A stretch of DNA of 64,000 nucleotides from Bacilli bacterium (GCA_017934595.1 JAGBJG010000009.1:839-64838); one strand, 5' to 3'; shown: positions 48,881-59,667, numbered from the stretch's first letter. The notes: generated from the letters alone by a model not told the origin. Program-made: numbers and translations.

Positions 48881-49486
48881 ATGAATTTAGCTAATAAAAT
48901 TACAATATCAAGAATAATTCTTACAATTATAATAATCGCTATATTAGTATTTCCATTTGAATCTGCTGGTATAGATTTTGTCAATCTATTTATTAATGAA
49001 GCAATTGTTATCAATATTAAATATTTAATTGTTGGTGTATTATTTATAATAGCTGTATTTACTGATTTCTTAGATGGATATGTTGCTCGTAAAAAAAATA
49101 TGCAAACTGAATTTGGTAAAACATTAGATAAGATTGCTGATAAATTATTAATAGATTCAGTATTAATCGTATTAGCGTCACAAGGTTTTTTGCATCCAAT
49201 AATTCCTGTAATTGTTGTTGCTAGAGATTATATTGTTAATACAATTAAAAATGCTGCATTAAGAAATGGTAAAACATTAAGATTTGTTAAAACTGGTAAA
49301 GCTAAGAATATTGTATTTAAGATTGGTATAACATTAACATTATTCTATAACTTACCATTTGAATTATTTAATATAAATGTTTCTGATATGTTATTAATAG
49401 TTGGTACAGTATTAGCAGTGATATCATGTATCCAATACTATAATGATAATAGAAAGAAGATTATAACAAAAGATAGCCAAGTATAA
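48881..49486 (+). CDS. pgsA: CDP-diacylglycerol--glycerol-3-phosphate 3-phosphatidyltransferase
   Basis: It has the CDP-alcohol phosphatidyltransferase motif DFLDGYVARKKNMQTEFGKTLDKIADK. Confidence 0.9.
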   Translation: MNLANKITISRIILTIIIIAILVFPFESAGIDFVNLFINEAIVINIKYLIVGVLFIIAVFTDFLDGYVARKKNMQTEFGKTLDKIADKLLIDSVLIVLASQGFLHPIIPVIVVARDYIVNTIKNAALRNGKTLRFVKTGKAKNIVFKIGITLTLFYNLPFELFNINVSDMLLIVGTVLAVISCIQYYNDNRKKIITKDSQV

Positions 49487-49492
49487 ACTTGA

Positions 49493-50800
49493 CTATTTTA
49501 TTTTACCTAAAATCATTTTCTTTTTATTTGGTTTATAATTACTTATAGTAATTGCATTTAAATATTTAGATGCAATATCATCTATATCTTCTTTATTAGT
49601 ATATAAAGTTGCGATTATCTTACCTTTTCTTACGTAATTACCTACCTTAGATTCAATTATGATACCTGCACCATAATCTATAGTATCTTCCATAGTAGAT
49701 CTTCCCGCTCCTAATAAATTAGCTACTTTACCAATTTCTTCAGCATTCATTTTAGTAATATAACCCGTTTTATTAGCCTTAACTTCATATCCATATTTAG
49801 ATATAGGAAGTAACTTATAATCATCTACAATATCAGGGTTACCATGTTGATATTTAATAAACTCTTTAAATTTTTCTAATGCCTTACCACTATTAATGGA
49901 ATTGATAACTAGTTTTCTTGCATTAGCTTCTTTTATACCTCTAGCTAACATAACCATATTAGTAGCTAGTGTAATACATAGTTCTTTTAACTCTGGATTA
50001 CCTCTACCTTTTAAAATAGATATAGCTTCAATAACTTCTAATGAGTTACCTACATAATTACCTAAAGGTTCATCCATATTAGTTAGAATAGCACTAATAT
50101 TTTTTCCTAATTTCTTACCTATATTGACCATTTTATTAGCTAATTCTGTTGCTTCTTTTTTTGTCTTCATGAATGCTCCAGAACCTACTTTTACATCTAA
50201 TAAAATGTTTTTATCACCTGCAGCTATCTTTTTACTCATAATAGATGAAGCAATTAAAGGTATATTTGATACTGTAGCAGTAGTATCACGTAGGGCATAT
50301 ATCTTTTTATCAGCAGGCGCGATATTACCTGTTTGACTAATAATAGATATACCTATATCTTCTACTTGTTTAACAAAGTCTTTTTCTTTTAAATCAACTT
50401 TAAATCCTGGAATAGACTCTAATTTATCAATAGTTCCTCCAGTATGACCTAAACCTCTACCACTCATCTTAGCTACTTTAATACCTAAACTAGCTACAAT
50501 AGGGCATATAACTAAACTTGTCTTATCACCAACGCCACCAGTAGAATGTTTATCTACTGTCTCACCAAACATCTCTTCTAGATTGATCATGTCACCAGAA
50601 TGTGCCATCGAATCTGTTAGATATGTCGTTTCAGTATCATTCATACCATTTAAATATATAGCCATAATTAGACTAGATATTTGATAATCTGGTATTTCTT
50701 TTTTTATCATACCATCAATAACAAATGATATTTCATCTTTAGTTAGTGATTTACCATTTCTTTTTTTTTCAATAATATCATACATTCTCATATCATTCAC
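49493..50800 (-). CDS. pdp: Pyrimidine-nucleoside phosphorylase
   Basis: It has the DKHSTGGVGDK and GRGLGHTGGT motifs and is the last gene of the deo-type operon. Confidence 0.95.
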   Translation of the reverse strand: MNDMRMYDIIEKKRNGKSLTKDEISFVIDGMIKKEIPDYQISSLIMAIYLNGMNDTETTYLTDSMAHSGDMINLEEMFGETVDKHSTGGVGDKTSLVICPIVASLGIKVAKMSGRGLGHTGGTIDKLESIPGFKVDLKEKDFVKQVEDIGISIISQTGNIAPADKKIYALRDTTATVSNIPLIASSIMSKKIAAGDKNILLDVKVGSGAFMKTKKEATELANKMVNIGKKLGKNISAILTNMDEPLGNYVGNSLEVIEAISILKGRGNPELKELCITLATNMVMLARGIKEANARKLVINSINSGKALEKFKEFIKYQHGNPDIVDDYKLLPISKYGYEVKANKTGYITKMNAEEIGKVANLLGAGRSTMEDTIDYGAGIIIESKVGNYVRKGKIIATLYTNKEDIDDIASKYLNAITISNYKPNKKKMILGKIK

Positions 50801-51191
50801 CTAACTCAAAACTATGCGGCAATAATTCACCAAATGTATATACTTTATATTCTAAATTTTTATTACCTAATATAATTTTAAAATCTTTATCACAGAATTC
50901 GGCCATTACTTGTCTACATACTCCACATGGAAAACATTCATCTGTGAAGTTTCCATCTTTACCACCAACGATAGCTATAGCTTTAAACCTTTTTTCACCA
51001 TCAGATATAGCTTTGAAAAATGCAGTTCGTTCAGCACAATTACTTGGGCCATATGCACCATTTTCTATATTACAACCTAGATATAATTTGTTACTTTCTG
51101 TTAAAAGAGCAGCTCCAACTCTAAAGTTAGAATATGGACTATAAGAGTTCTTTGCTGCTTCAATAGCGTATTTAACTAATTCTTTTTCCAT
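50793..51191 (-). CDS. cdd: Cytidine deaminase
   Basis: It has the zinc motifs CAERTA and PCGVCRQ. Confidence 0.95.
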   Translation of the reverse strand: MEKELVKYAIEAAKNSYSPYSNFRVGAALLTESNKLYLGCNIENGAYGPSNCAERTAFFKAISDGEKRFKAIAIVGGKDGNFTDECFPCGVCRQVMAEFCDKDFKIILGNKNLEYKVYTFGELLPHSFELGE

Positions 51192-52351
51192 TATTTAATA
51201 TCCTTAAGAAAACTTTTACCAGGTAAATCAGTTGCTATATCAAAGTTATGTGTAATAGTTTTACCAATATCTGCGAATGTATCTCTTATACCTAAGTTAA
51301 CAGGCTTAATATTTTTATTATATACAATAACTGGTACATATTCTCTTGAATGATCTGTAGAAGGAGTAGATGGGTCACAACCATGATCAGCTGTTATGAT
51401 AAGTAGGTCATCATCTTTCATATTTTCTACGAATTTAGTTAACCATCCATCAAATTCAGCAAATGCTTTTGCATATCCGTCTACATCATTTCTGTGGCCA
51501 TATACCATATCAAAATCAACTAGATTAGTGAAGCATAATCCTTCAAAATCTTGTTTTAACATTTGAGTAGTACCTTTCATACATTCAATATTACCATGAC
51601 TAGTAATTTTAGCTGTAACACCAGAGCCAGCAAAGATATCATTAATTTTACCAACTGAAATAACTGTTTTATTATTTTCATCTAAATAATTCATAACGTT
51701 TTTAGATGGTTTAATAGCATAATCTTTTCTATCAGGTGTTCTACTATAATTACCTTCAACTCCTTCAAATGGTCTAGCGATAACTCTTGATACTTCTAAA
51801 TCACCAGTTAACATTTCTCTAGCTATTTCACAACATCTATATAATTCCTTTAATGGAACAACATCTACATGAGCAGCTATTTGGAATACTGAATCAGCTG
51901 ATGTATATACGATTAATGCTTTTTTATCATAAGCTTCTTTACCATAATCTTTAATTACTTCAGTACCTGAATATGGTTTATTAACTAATATTTCATGACC
52001 TGTTTTCTCACTGAATTCTTTAATTAAATCTTCAGGGAAACCATCAGGGAATACTGGGGCTGGTTTTTCTGTAATAATACCCATCATTTCCCAGTGACCT
52101 GTTGTAGTATCTTTACCATTAGATAATTCTCTAGCTTTACCATAAGCACCTATAGGATTAGGATAACTATCATGATAATCTATACCATCAACATTAAATA
52201 AACCTAGTTTTTCCATAGTATCTGCTTTAAAATTAGGATTAGTTGAAATTGCTTTTATAGTATTACTTCCAACATCACCATATTTATCTGCATCAGGAGC
52301 TTCTCCAATTCCTACACTATCCAATACAACCAAAAATATTCTTTTATACAT
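51191..52351 (-). CDS. deoB: Phosphopentomutase
   Basis: It has VVLDSVGIGEAPDA and ITADHGCDP. Confidence 0.95.
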   Translation of the reverse strand: MYKRIFLVVLDSVGIGEAPDADKYGDVGSNTIKAISTNPNFKADTMEKLGLFNVDGIDYHDSYPNPIGAYGKARELSNGKDTTTGHWEMMGIITEKPAPVFPDGFPEDLIKEFSEKTGHEILVNKPYSGTEVIKDYGKEAYDKKALIVYTSADSVFQIAAHVDVVPLKELYRCCEIAREMLTGDLEVSRVIARPFEGVEGNYSRTPDRKDYAIKPSKNVMNYLDENNKTVISVGKINDIFAGSGVTAKITSHGNIECMKGTTQMLKQDFEGLCFTNLVDFDMVYGHRNDVDGYAKAFAEFDGWLTKFVENMKDDDLLIITADHGCDPSTPSTDHSREYVPVIVYNKNIKPVNLGIRDTFADIGKTITHNFDIATDLPGKSFLKDIK

Positions 52352-52352
52352 A

Positions 52353-53087
52353 TTAATCCTCCTTAATAGCTGTTTCTAAAGCTAATATAATCATTTCATC
52401 TAATGATTTTTCTCTTTCATCTGCTGTAAGTTTATTATCTTCATATTTACTATCAGTTATAGTAAGTAGGCAAGTTGCATTTTTGTTAAATTTTTTTGCC
52501 ATATAGAATAATGCGAATGATTCCATTTCAGATGCAAGACTATCTAAATCACTAGGGTAATGTGATTTATACTTATCTTCTGAATCACAATAAGGATCAA
52601 ACACATCACTAGTAATTATTCTACCCTTTTTGATATTTATATTTAAGTTATTAGAAACCTCTTCTATTTTTTTGTTTAATTTATATGATGATTCTAATTC
52701 ATTCCCATCAAATTCATCATATAACTTTGCAAAACTAGATAAACTATAACTAGAAGTCGCTAAAATGATATCTTTTAGTTTAACTGAAGGACTATTAGAT
52801 CCTGAAGTACCAATTCTAATTATGTTATCTACATCATATATTTTAAATAATTCATAAGCATATATAGCCATACTAGGTATTCCCATACCACTTGCCATAA
52901 CACTTATCTTATGTCCTTTATATGTACCAGTATATCCAGATACACCTCTAACATCATTAAATAACACTGGATTTTCTAAGAATTTAGAAGCTATATATTC
53001 ACTTCTTTTAGGATCTCCAGGCATTAGAAATGTCTTAGCTGGTTCACACTTAGGATTTATATGTGGAGTATTTATCAATTCAATCAT
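52353..53087 (-). CDS. deoD: Purine nucleoside phosphorylase, DeoD type
   Basis: It has TPHINPK...LMPGDPKRSEYIA and SGMGIPS. The true start may be the TTG at 53078, which is better spaced from AGGAG. Confidence 0.9.
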   Translation of the reverse strand: MIELINTPHINPKCEPAKTFLMPGDPKRSEYIASKFLENPVLFNDVRGVSGYTGTYKGHKISVMASGMGIPSMAIYAYELFKIYDVDNIIRIGTSGSNSPSVKLKDIILATSSYSLSSFAKLYDEFDGNELESSYKLNKKIEEVSNNLNINIKKGRIITSDVFDPYCDSEDKYKSHYPSDLDSLASEMESFALFYMAKKFNKNATCLLTITDSKYEDNKLTADEREKSLDEMIILALETAIKED

Positions 53088-53243
53088 CTCCTATCATAAA
53101 AATTATATCATAAAACGTTTAAATATACTATTTTTCAAAAGAAAAAAGACAACCTGTTTACACTAAGTCGTCATTAAATAATTCTTTAATATTATAAATT
53201 ACTACTAAATTCATCATATAAATAAAATCCTACGATTCATAGG

Positions 53244-53272
53244 TTGCATAAAATACACATGATTTATATAAT
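53244..53272 (+). promoter_or_regulatory. Sigma-A promoter of the XRE-VanZ gene
   Basis: TTGCAT (53244-53249), 17 nt spacer, TATAAT (53267-53272). Confidence 0.6.
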
Positions 53273-53292
53273 TTTTTTAGAAGGAGGATATT

Positions 53293-54369
53293 ATGGAAAT
53301 AGACAAGGTTGCAAGTCTTATCAAAACTAAAAGAAAGGAAAGAGGTTTAACCCAAGAAGAACTGGCTAATAAATTAAATGTTACTGAAAAAGCAATTTCA
53401 AGATGGGAAACAGGAAGGGGTCTGCCAGATGTATCTTTATTGGTATCACTTTCTAATGAACTTGAAATATCAGTATCTGAAATACTTAAAGGTGTAGAAG
53501 ATAAAAAAGAGGATAAAAATTTAAAAGATATAGTAAATTACATTGATGAATCAAAGAAAAACAAAAATAACCATATTATTATGATTTCTTCAATTATATA
53601 TATTATTTTGATTTTTTTATACTTATGGTATTTAAGATACGAATATAGTATGAGCCATAGGCCTATTTATTTTGGTGAATTAATTAAAAATTTATTTTTT
53701 ATGATATCAGTATTTTTAAATAATAGATTTATCGCGAATAACTATTATGATACATTAGAAGATAAGAAAAGAATGAATAAAATATCATATATTATAATTT
53801 TTATGCTTTATGTTATTATGATATTTAATTTAACAATATTTGGTAGAGATAATATAGGTATAGGTGGTGGGTATAATTTAATTCCATTTAAAACATTACT
53901 TCATTACTGGGCTTTTCCAACACCATATAACATATGGATAAATGTAATTGGTAATATTGTTGTAATGATGCCTATTCAATATTTTATTATCAAAATATTA
54001 GATATTAAAAAATATAGTAAATGTTTTATTATAGATTTGGCATTTATCTTACTTATTGAATTAACTCAAGTAATAAGTAATGTAGGTATATTTGATGTTG
54101 ATGATATCATGCTTAATTTATTTGGTATGTCACTAATGTATGCATTAGTTATGGGTAAACATAAATTATTAAGTAAGTATAAAGAATATACTGTTATTTC
54201 GTTTATTTCTCTGATGATAGTTATATTTATATTTGATATTTTTGGGTGGTATTCTATAGGTGATATTCCAACAACGTTAGTTTTATTTAGAATTATCATA
54301 GCTACTATTCTTACTGGAATAATTAATTATTTAATATATAAATCATGTATTAGTAGAAGGCTCAAATAG
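53293..54369 (+). CDS. Fusion protein: N-terminal XRE HTH domain plus a polytopic VanZ-like membrane domain
   Basis: The HTH is RKERGLTQEELANKLNVTEKAISRWETGRGLPD. Multiple TMs follow, with VanZ-like segments (YNLIPFKTLL, NVIGNIVVMMP, FDVDDIMLNLFG). Confidence 0.7.
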   Translation: MEIDKVASLIKTKRKERGLTQEELANKLNVTEKAISRWETGRGLPDVSLLVSLSNELEISVSEILKGVEDKKEDKNLKDIVNYIDESKKNKNNHIIMISSIIYIILIFLYLWYLRYEYSMSHRPIYFGELIKNLFFMISVFLNNRFIANNYYDTLEDKKRMNKISYIIIFMLYVIMIFNLTIFGRDNIGIGGGYNLIPFKTLLHYWAFPTPYNIWINVIGNIVVMMPIQYFIIKILDIKKYSKCFIIDLAFILLIELTQVISNVGIFDVDDIMLNLFGMSLMYALVMGKHKLLSKYKEYTVISFISLMIVIFIFDIFGWYSIGDIPTTLVLFRIIIATILTGIINYLIYKSCISRRLK

Positions 54370-54429
54370 CCTTTTTTCTTTTGCAATAAACTATCTTTAA
54401 TAGTATAATTATTATAGGTGAAAATAAAT

Positions 54430-55539
54430 ATGAAAAATAGAGAAAAAATAGTAGTAAGAACTAGTGTTATAAGTATTTTATCTAATATTTTATTAGCTTC
54501 ATTTAAAGCCGTTATAGGTATGCTTTCTAATTCTATCGCGATTATATCCGATGCGATTAATAATTTATCCGATGCATTATCAAGTATAATTACTATTGTT
54601 GGTACAAAATTAGCAGGTAAATCACCAGATAGAAAACACCCATATGGTTATGGAAGAATAGAATATATGACTTCATTAATAGTATCCGCTATCGTATTAT
54701 ATGCAGGTATTACAGCTTTAGTAGAATCAGTAAAAAAGATAGTTAGTCCAGTAGTAACAGAATATAGTATATTAACAATTCTAATTTTAGTAATCGCGAT
54801 TATTGTTAAATGCTCATTAGGTTTATATGTTAAAACAGTAGGTAAGGAAGTTAATTCAAATTCTTTGGTAGCTTCAGGATCAGATGCACTTAATGATGCC
54901 GTACTATCTATTTCTGTTTTAATATCTGTAGTATTTTATATGTTATTTAAAATTAATATAGAAGCTTATGTGGGTATCTTATTATCAATATTTATTATTA
55001 AAGCTGGTTTAGAATTAATTAAAGATTCTGTTGATAATATGCTTGGTACGAGAGTAGAAAGTAATTTAGCTACAAAAATAAAAAAAGAAGTATGTAAAGA
55101 AAAATACGTAGAAGGAGCATATGACTTAATTTTAAATGATTATGGTCCAGATAGATATATAGGTTCAATTCATATTGAAGTTCCTGATACATTATCTGTA
55201 TCAGAAGTAGATAAAATATCTAGAAATATAACAAAAAATATAGCTTCTAAATATGGTGTATTACTTCATACAATTGGAGTATATTCTGTTAATACTAAAG
55301 ATAAAAAGATAATTAATATTCATAAAGAAATACGTGAAATAGTATTTTCTAATAAAGGAATATTACAAATGCATGGATTTTATTTTGATGAAGAAGAAAA
55401 AACTATTAGTTTTGATATAATTATTGATTTTAAAGTTAAGAATAAAGAAGAAGTATATAAAAAGATATATGATGAAGTTAAGAAAAAATATAAAGGTTAT
55501 AAAATTAATATAACTCTTGATATAGATATGAGTGATTAA
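54430..55539 (+). CDS. Cation diffusion facilitator family transporter
   Basis: It has six TMs with DAINNLSDA and SDALNDA metal-site motifs and a C-terminal cytoplasmic domain. Confidence 0.85.
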   Translation: MKNREKIVVRTSVISILSNILLASFKAVIGMLSNSIAIISDAINNLSDALSSIITIVGTKLAGKSPDRKHPYGYGRIEYMTSLIVSAIVLYAGITALVESVKKIVSPVVTEYSILTILILVIAIIVKCSLGLYVKTVGKEVNSNSLVASGSDALNDAVLSISVLISVVFYMLFKINIEAYVGILLSIFIIKAGLELIKDSVDNMLGTRVESNLATKIKKEVCKEKYVEGAYDLILNDYGPDRYIGSIHIEVPDTLSVSEVDKISRNITKNIASKYGVLLHTIGVYSVNTKDKKIINIHKEIREIVFSNKGILQMHGFYFDEEEKTISFDIIIDFKVKNKEEVYKKIYDEVKKKYKGYKINITLDIDMSD

Positions 55540-55607
55540 TAAGACTAATAGTCTTTTTTCTTTACATTAAACTAGATTTAATAGTATAATTAAATTATGG
55601 TGATAAT

Positions 55608-58196
55608 ATGAACAAGATAATATTAGTCGATGGAAATAACTTACTTTTTAGAAGCTATTATGCAACAGCTTACAATGGTAATTTTATGAAAAATAGTAAG
55701 GGATTCCCTACAAACGCATTATTCGGATTTACTAATATGATTAATAAAATTATATTAGAAGAAAAACCATCATATATATTGGTTGCTTTTGATAAAGGTA
55801 AAACTTTTAGACATGAAAAATATAAAGATTACAAAGGTGGTAGATCTGAGACTCCTGATGAGTTAAAAGTACAATTTCCAATAGCTAAAGAATTACTTAC
55901 ATATATGGGTATTAAATATTATGAAATAGATAATTATGAAGCAGATGATATTATTGGTACATTTGCTAAATACTGTGATAATGATCCTAATTTTATAGGT
56001 ACAATTATTAGTAGTGATAAAGACTTATTGCAACTTATAAGTAATGATATAGATATTAAATTATTAAAACAAAAAGATTATATTAGATATAATAGGGATT
56101 CATTCTATGCAGAATATGGTATTGAACCTATAAATATAATTGATTTAAAAGCATTAATGGGAGATTCGTCTGATAATATTCCTGGTGTTAAAGGAATAGG
56201 AGAAAAAGGTGCCTTAAAACTATTACAAGAATATAAAACATTAGATGGAATATATGAAAATATAGATAATATTAAAGGCGCGACTCATGATAAATTAGTT
56301 AATGATAAAGAATCTGCTTATATGTCTTATGATATCGCTACTATATATAAAGATGTACCTATGGATATTAATATAGATGATTTAGTATATAAAAATGCTG
56401 ATTATGATAAATTAAATAAATTATATGAAGATTTAGAATTTTTCTCATTTTTAAAAAAAGATAAAGTAGAAGTAACTAAGAAACCTTTAGATATCGTAAC
56501 TATTAAAGATATAAGTGAATTAGATATAAAAGGTGAAGTTGCTTGTTATTTAGAAGTATTAGGTACTAATTATCATAATGCAGAAGTACTCGGTATGGGT
56601 ATTTATAATAAAGACGTTATGGCATACATACCAGTAGATATCTTAAAGAAAAATCCTAAGTTCTTAACTGATAATATTAAATATACATATGATTATAAAA
56701 AGATGTATGTGGCTTTAAAATGGTTAGGTATTGATATATCTAATGTTAAATTTGACACGATGATAGCTTCTGAGATGCTTGAATATAATGTAAAAGGTGA
56801 TATAGCATACTTAGCTACATCATTAGGAGAAGATATCCCTTTCTATGAAAACACTTATGGAAAAGGTAATAAAATCGCTAAACCAAGCGATGATGTTATT
56901 GCTTATAATGCATGTATTAAGGCTAGATTTATTTTTGACACAATGGATAAATTTAAAAAAGAATTAGATGATAAAGAAATGTTATCTTTATATGAAGATA
57001 CTGAAGTTCCTTTAGCTAGAGTATTAGGCGATATGGAATATAATGGTGTTCATGTAGATATAAATACTTTAGATGAAATGGGTGTAGTAATCAAAAATAA
57101 AATAGATGAGTTATCTAAAGAAATATATGAATTAGCTGGACATGAATTTAATATAGCTAGTCCAATACAATTAGGTAATCTACTTTTTGAAGAACTTAAT
57201 TTGCCTCACGGTAAAAAAGGTAAAAATGGTTACTCTACATCTGTAGAAGTATTAGAAAAATTAAAAGGAAAACATCCTATAATAGATCTAATTATGGAAT
57301 ATAGGACTTATGCTAAACTATATAGTACATATATAGTTGGTTTAAAAGAAACAATATCATCAGATGGTAAAATACATACTATATATACTCAAACAATGAC
57401 TAGAACAGGAAGATTATCTTCCATTGAACCAAATCTTCAAAATATTCCTATAAGATATCCTGAAGGTAAAATGATTAGAAAAGCATTTATACCTAGTCCT
57501 AATTCAGTTATCATTAGTAGTGATTATTCTCAAGTAGAACTTAGAATTTTATCTCATGTAGCTAATATAAAAGGATTAATTGAGGCATTTAAAAATGATT
57601 TAGATATTCATGCTAAAACAGCAGCTGATATATTTAAAGTAGAATTAGATAGTGTTACCAAAGATATGAGAAGAATGGCTAAGGCTGTTAACTTTGGTAT
57701 TATTTATGGTATATCTGAATATGGATTAGCTGATAATACAGGTTTATCTAATAAAGAAGCTAAGGCATTTATTGAAAACTATTTAAATACATATCCAGAA
57801 ATAAATAAATATATGGAAGATACTATTAAATATGCACATGAACACGGATTTGTTAAAACTTTATTTGGAAGAATTAGAAATATACCAGAATTAGAAAATA
57901 AGAATTATATGATTAGAAAAATGGGAGAAAGAATGGCTTTAAATACTCCTATTCAAGGTACATCAGCTGATATAATTAAAAAAGCAATGGTATTAGTTGA
58001 TTCTAAAATGAAAGAAAATAACTTAGAAAGTAAAATGATATTACAAGTTCACGATGAGTTGATTTTTGATGCAAAAGAATCTGAATTAGATATACTTAAT
58101 AAGATAATAAAAGAATCAATGGAAAATGTAGTTAGTCTAACAGTTCCATTAAAAGTTGATATAGAAAGTGGTAAAAATTGGTTGGAGGCAAAGTGA
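55608..58196 (+). CDS. polA: DNA polymerase I
   Basis: It has a 5'-3' exonuclease domain (ILVDGNNLLFRSYYA), a 3'-5' exo-like domain, and polymerase motifs DYSQVELRIL, RRMAKAVNFGIIYG and QVHDELIF. Confidence 0.95.
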   Translation: MNKIILVDGNNLLFRSYYATAYNGNFMKNSKGFPTNALFGFTNMINKIILEEKPSYILVAFDKGKTFRHEKYKDYKGGRSETPDELKVQFPIAKELLTYMGIKYYEIDNYEADDIIGTFAKYCDNDPNFIGTIISSDKDLLQLISNDIDIKLLKQKDYIRYNRDSFYAEYGIEPINIIDLKALMGDSSDNIPGVKGIGEKGALKLLQEYKTLDGIYENIDNIKGATHDKLVNDKESAYMSYDIATIYKDVPMDINIDDLVYKNADYDKLNKLYEDLEFFSFLKKDKVEVTKKPLDIVTIKDISELDIKGEVACYLEVLGTNYHNAEVLGMGIYNKDVMAYIPVDILKKNPKFLTDNIKYTYDYKKMYVALKWLGIDISNVKFDTMIASEMLEYNVKGDIAYLATSLGEDIPFYENTYGKGNKIAKPSDDVIAYNACIKARFIFDTMDKFKKELDDKEMLSLYEDTEVPLARVLGDMEYNGVHVDINTLDEMGVVIKNKIDELSKEIYELAGHEFNIASPIQLGNLLFEELNLPHGKKGKNGYSTSVEVLEKLKGKHPIIDLIMEYRTYAKLYSTYIVGLKETISSDGKIHTIYTQTMTRTGRLSSIEPNLQNIPIRYPEGKMIRKAFIPSPNSVIISSDYSQVELRILSHVANIKGLIEAFKNDLDIHAKTAADIFKVELDSVTKDMRRMAKAVNFGIIYGISEYGLADNTGLSNKEAKAFIENYLNTYPEINKYMEDTIKYAHEHGFVKTLFGRIRNIPELENKNYMIRKMGERMALNTPIQGTSADIIKKAMVLVDSKMKENNLESKMILQVHDELIFDAKESELDILNKIIKESMENVVSLTVPLKVDIESGKNWLEAK

Positions 58197-58197
58197 T

Positions 58198-59016
58198 ATG
58201 AATAAACTTACATATACGGTATTTACAAGTTTCATGGGTAATACATTTTTATCCATAGTAAAAATTATAGCTGGATTTGTTGGTAGATCTATGAGTTTAA
58301 TTGTAGATGGTGTTCATACCTTTGCTGATCAATCCTTAGAACTAGTTACTATGTCTAATTCTAGATATAATAAAAATAATGGTTTAAAACATTTTATCAA
58401 CTTATTCACAGGTACTATTGTTTTAGGTTTAGGATTATCATTTATTTATTTAGCTATATCAAGAGGTGTAGTAATACCTAGAATGAGATTACTTGGTATA
58501 TCTTTATTTACGATAGTATTTAAATATGTATTATCAACATATTTAATGGAAAAAGGTAAACTTTATAATAATAGTATTTTAGTTAATGACGCTAAACAAA
58601 GTAATAAAGATGTATTAAGTTCAGTAATAGTATTTATTGCATTAATACTTATGACATTAAGTGATAAAGTTGAATACTTTAAATATGCTGATATGGCTGC
58701 CTCTATAATAGTTTCATTATTTGTTATATATACTGGATTTGTTATTATCAGTAGAGATTTAACAGAAATATTTGGTACTAAGGTAGATAATTTAGAATAT
58801 ATAAATAGTATTAAAACATTTATCGAAAATAATAGAAATGTTATGGGTATTAAAAGTATGGTTACTCATAAATATGGGCCTTATTATGAAGTTAGATGTG
58901 ATATCATCTTAGATAATAATTTAACTTTAAAATTTGCGAATGAAGTAGTTAAATACTTAGAATATGTAATAAGAAGAACATATAAAGATGTTATAATTAT
59001 TATTAATATTGCATAG
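58198..59016 (+). CDS. Cation diffusion facilitator-like membrane protein (second copy)
   Basis: The ATG is 1 nt after the polA stop codon. VDGVHTFADQS in TM2 and a CDF-like topology with a C-terminal domain are present. Confidence 0.7.
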   Translation: MNKLTYTVFTSFMGNTFLSIVKIIAGFVGRSMSLIVDGVHTFADQSLELVTMSNSRYNKNNGLKHFINLFTGTIVLGLGLSFIYLAISRGVVIPRMRLLGISLFTIVFKYVLSTYLMEKGKLYNNSILVNDAKQSNKDVLSSVIVFIALILMTLSDKVEYFKYADMAASIIVSLFVIYTGFVIISRDLTEIFGTKVDNLEYINSIKTFIENNRNVMGIKSMVTHKYGPYYEVRCDIILDNNLTLKFANEVVKYLEYVIRRTYKDVIIIINIA

Positions 59017-59072
59017 AAAGCCTTAATGGCTTTTTTTGTTTTGGTGTGCTATAATTTATATAGGGTGGTTAT

Positions 59073-59651
59073 ATGGGTAAGAATATTAAAATGTTAAAAG
59101 TCTATAGAGAAGTTTTAAAAGGTAATAAATATGAAATAGAAAAAGTAATACCTAATATGTATGCTAGAAACTTTTATGATATAGATTTTGATAGATTAAG
59201 AGAAATTAATATTGATAACTTAATAATTGATATTGATGGAACTATATTACCTGTAGATGGTATGTTAGTTCCTGAAAAATTAGTAAGACAAATGAGTATA
59301 TTAAGAGAAAATGATTTTAATATCGTATTAGTATCTAATAATGATATGGATAGAGTTGTTCCAATCGGTAAAATATTAGATTTAAAATGCTTATATAAAG
59401 CAAATAAACCTTTAAGTGAATGTTATGATAAAGCATTAGATATCTTAGATGCGAATAAGGATAATGTAGCTATGATAGGAGATCAGATGCTTACTGATGT
59501 TTATGGGGCGAATAGTTATGGAATATATTCTATCTTAGTTGATCCTATAGATAAAAAGAATAATATAGGTACATATACAAATAGATGTCTTCAAAATAGC
59601 ATGGAAAAATACTTAAAGAAAAAGAAAATATACGAAAAAAGAATTGGTTAA
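59073..59651 (+). CDS. yqeG: YqeG-family HAD-IIIA phosphatase
   Basis: It has the motifs IIDIDGTI, LVSNN and GDQMLTDV. Confidence 0.85.
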   Translation: MGKNIKMLKVYREVLKGNKYEIEKVIPNMYARNFYDIDFDRLREINIDNLIIDIDGTILPVDGMLVPEKLVRQMSILRENDFNIVLVSNNDMDRVVPIGKILDLKCLYKANKPLSECYDKALDILDANKDNVAMIGDQMLTDVYGANSYGIYSILVDPIDKKNNIGTYTNRCLQNSMEKYLKKKKIYEKRIG

Positions 59652-59667
59652 TGCCAATTTTTTTCAA
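59642..59667 (+). terminator. Intrinsic terminator
   Basis: AATTGG-TTAATG-CCAATT is followed by T7. Confidence 0.75.
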
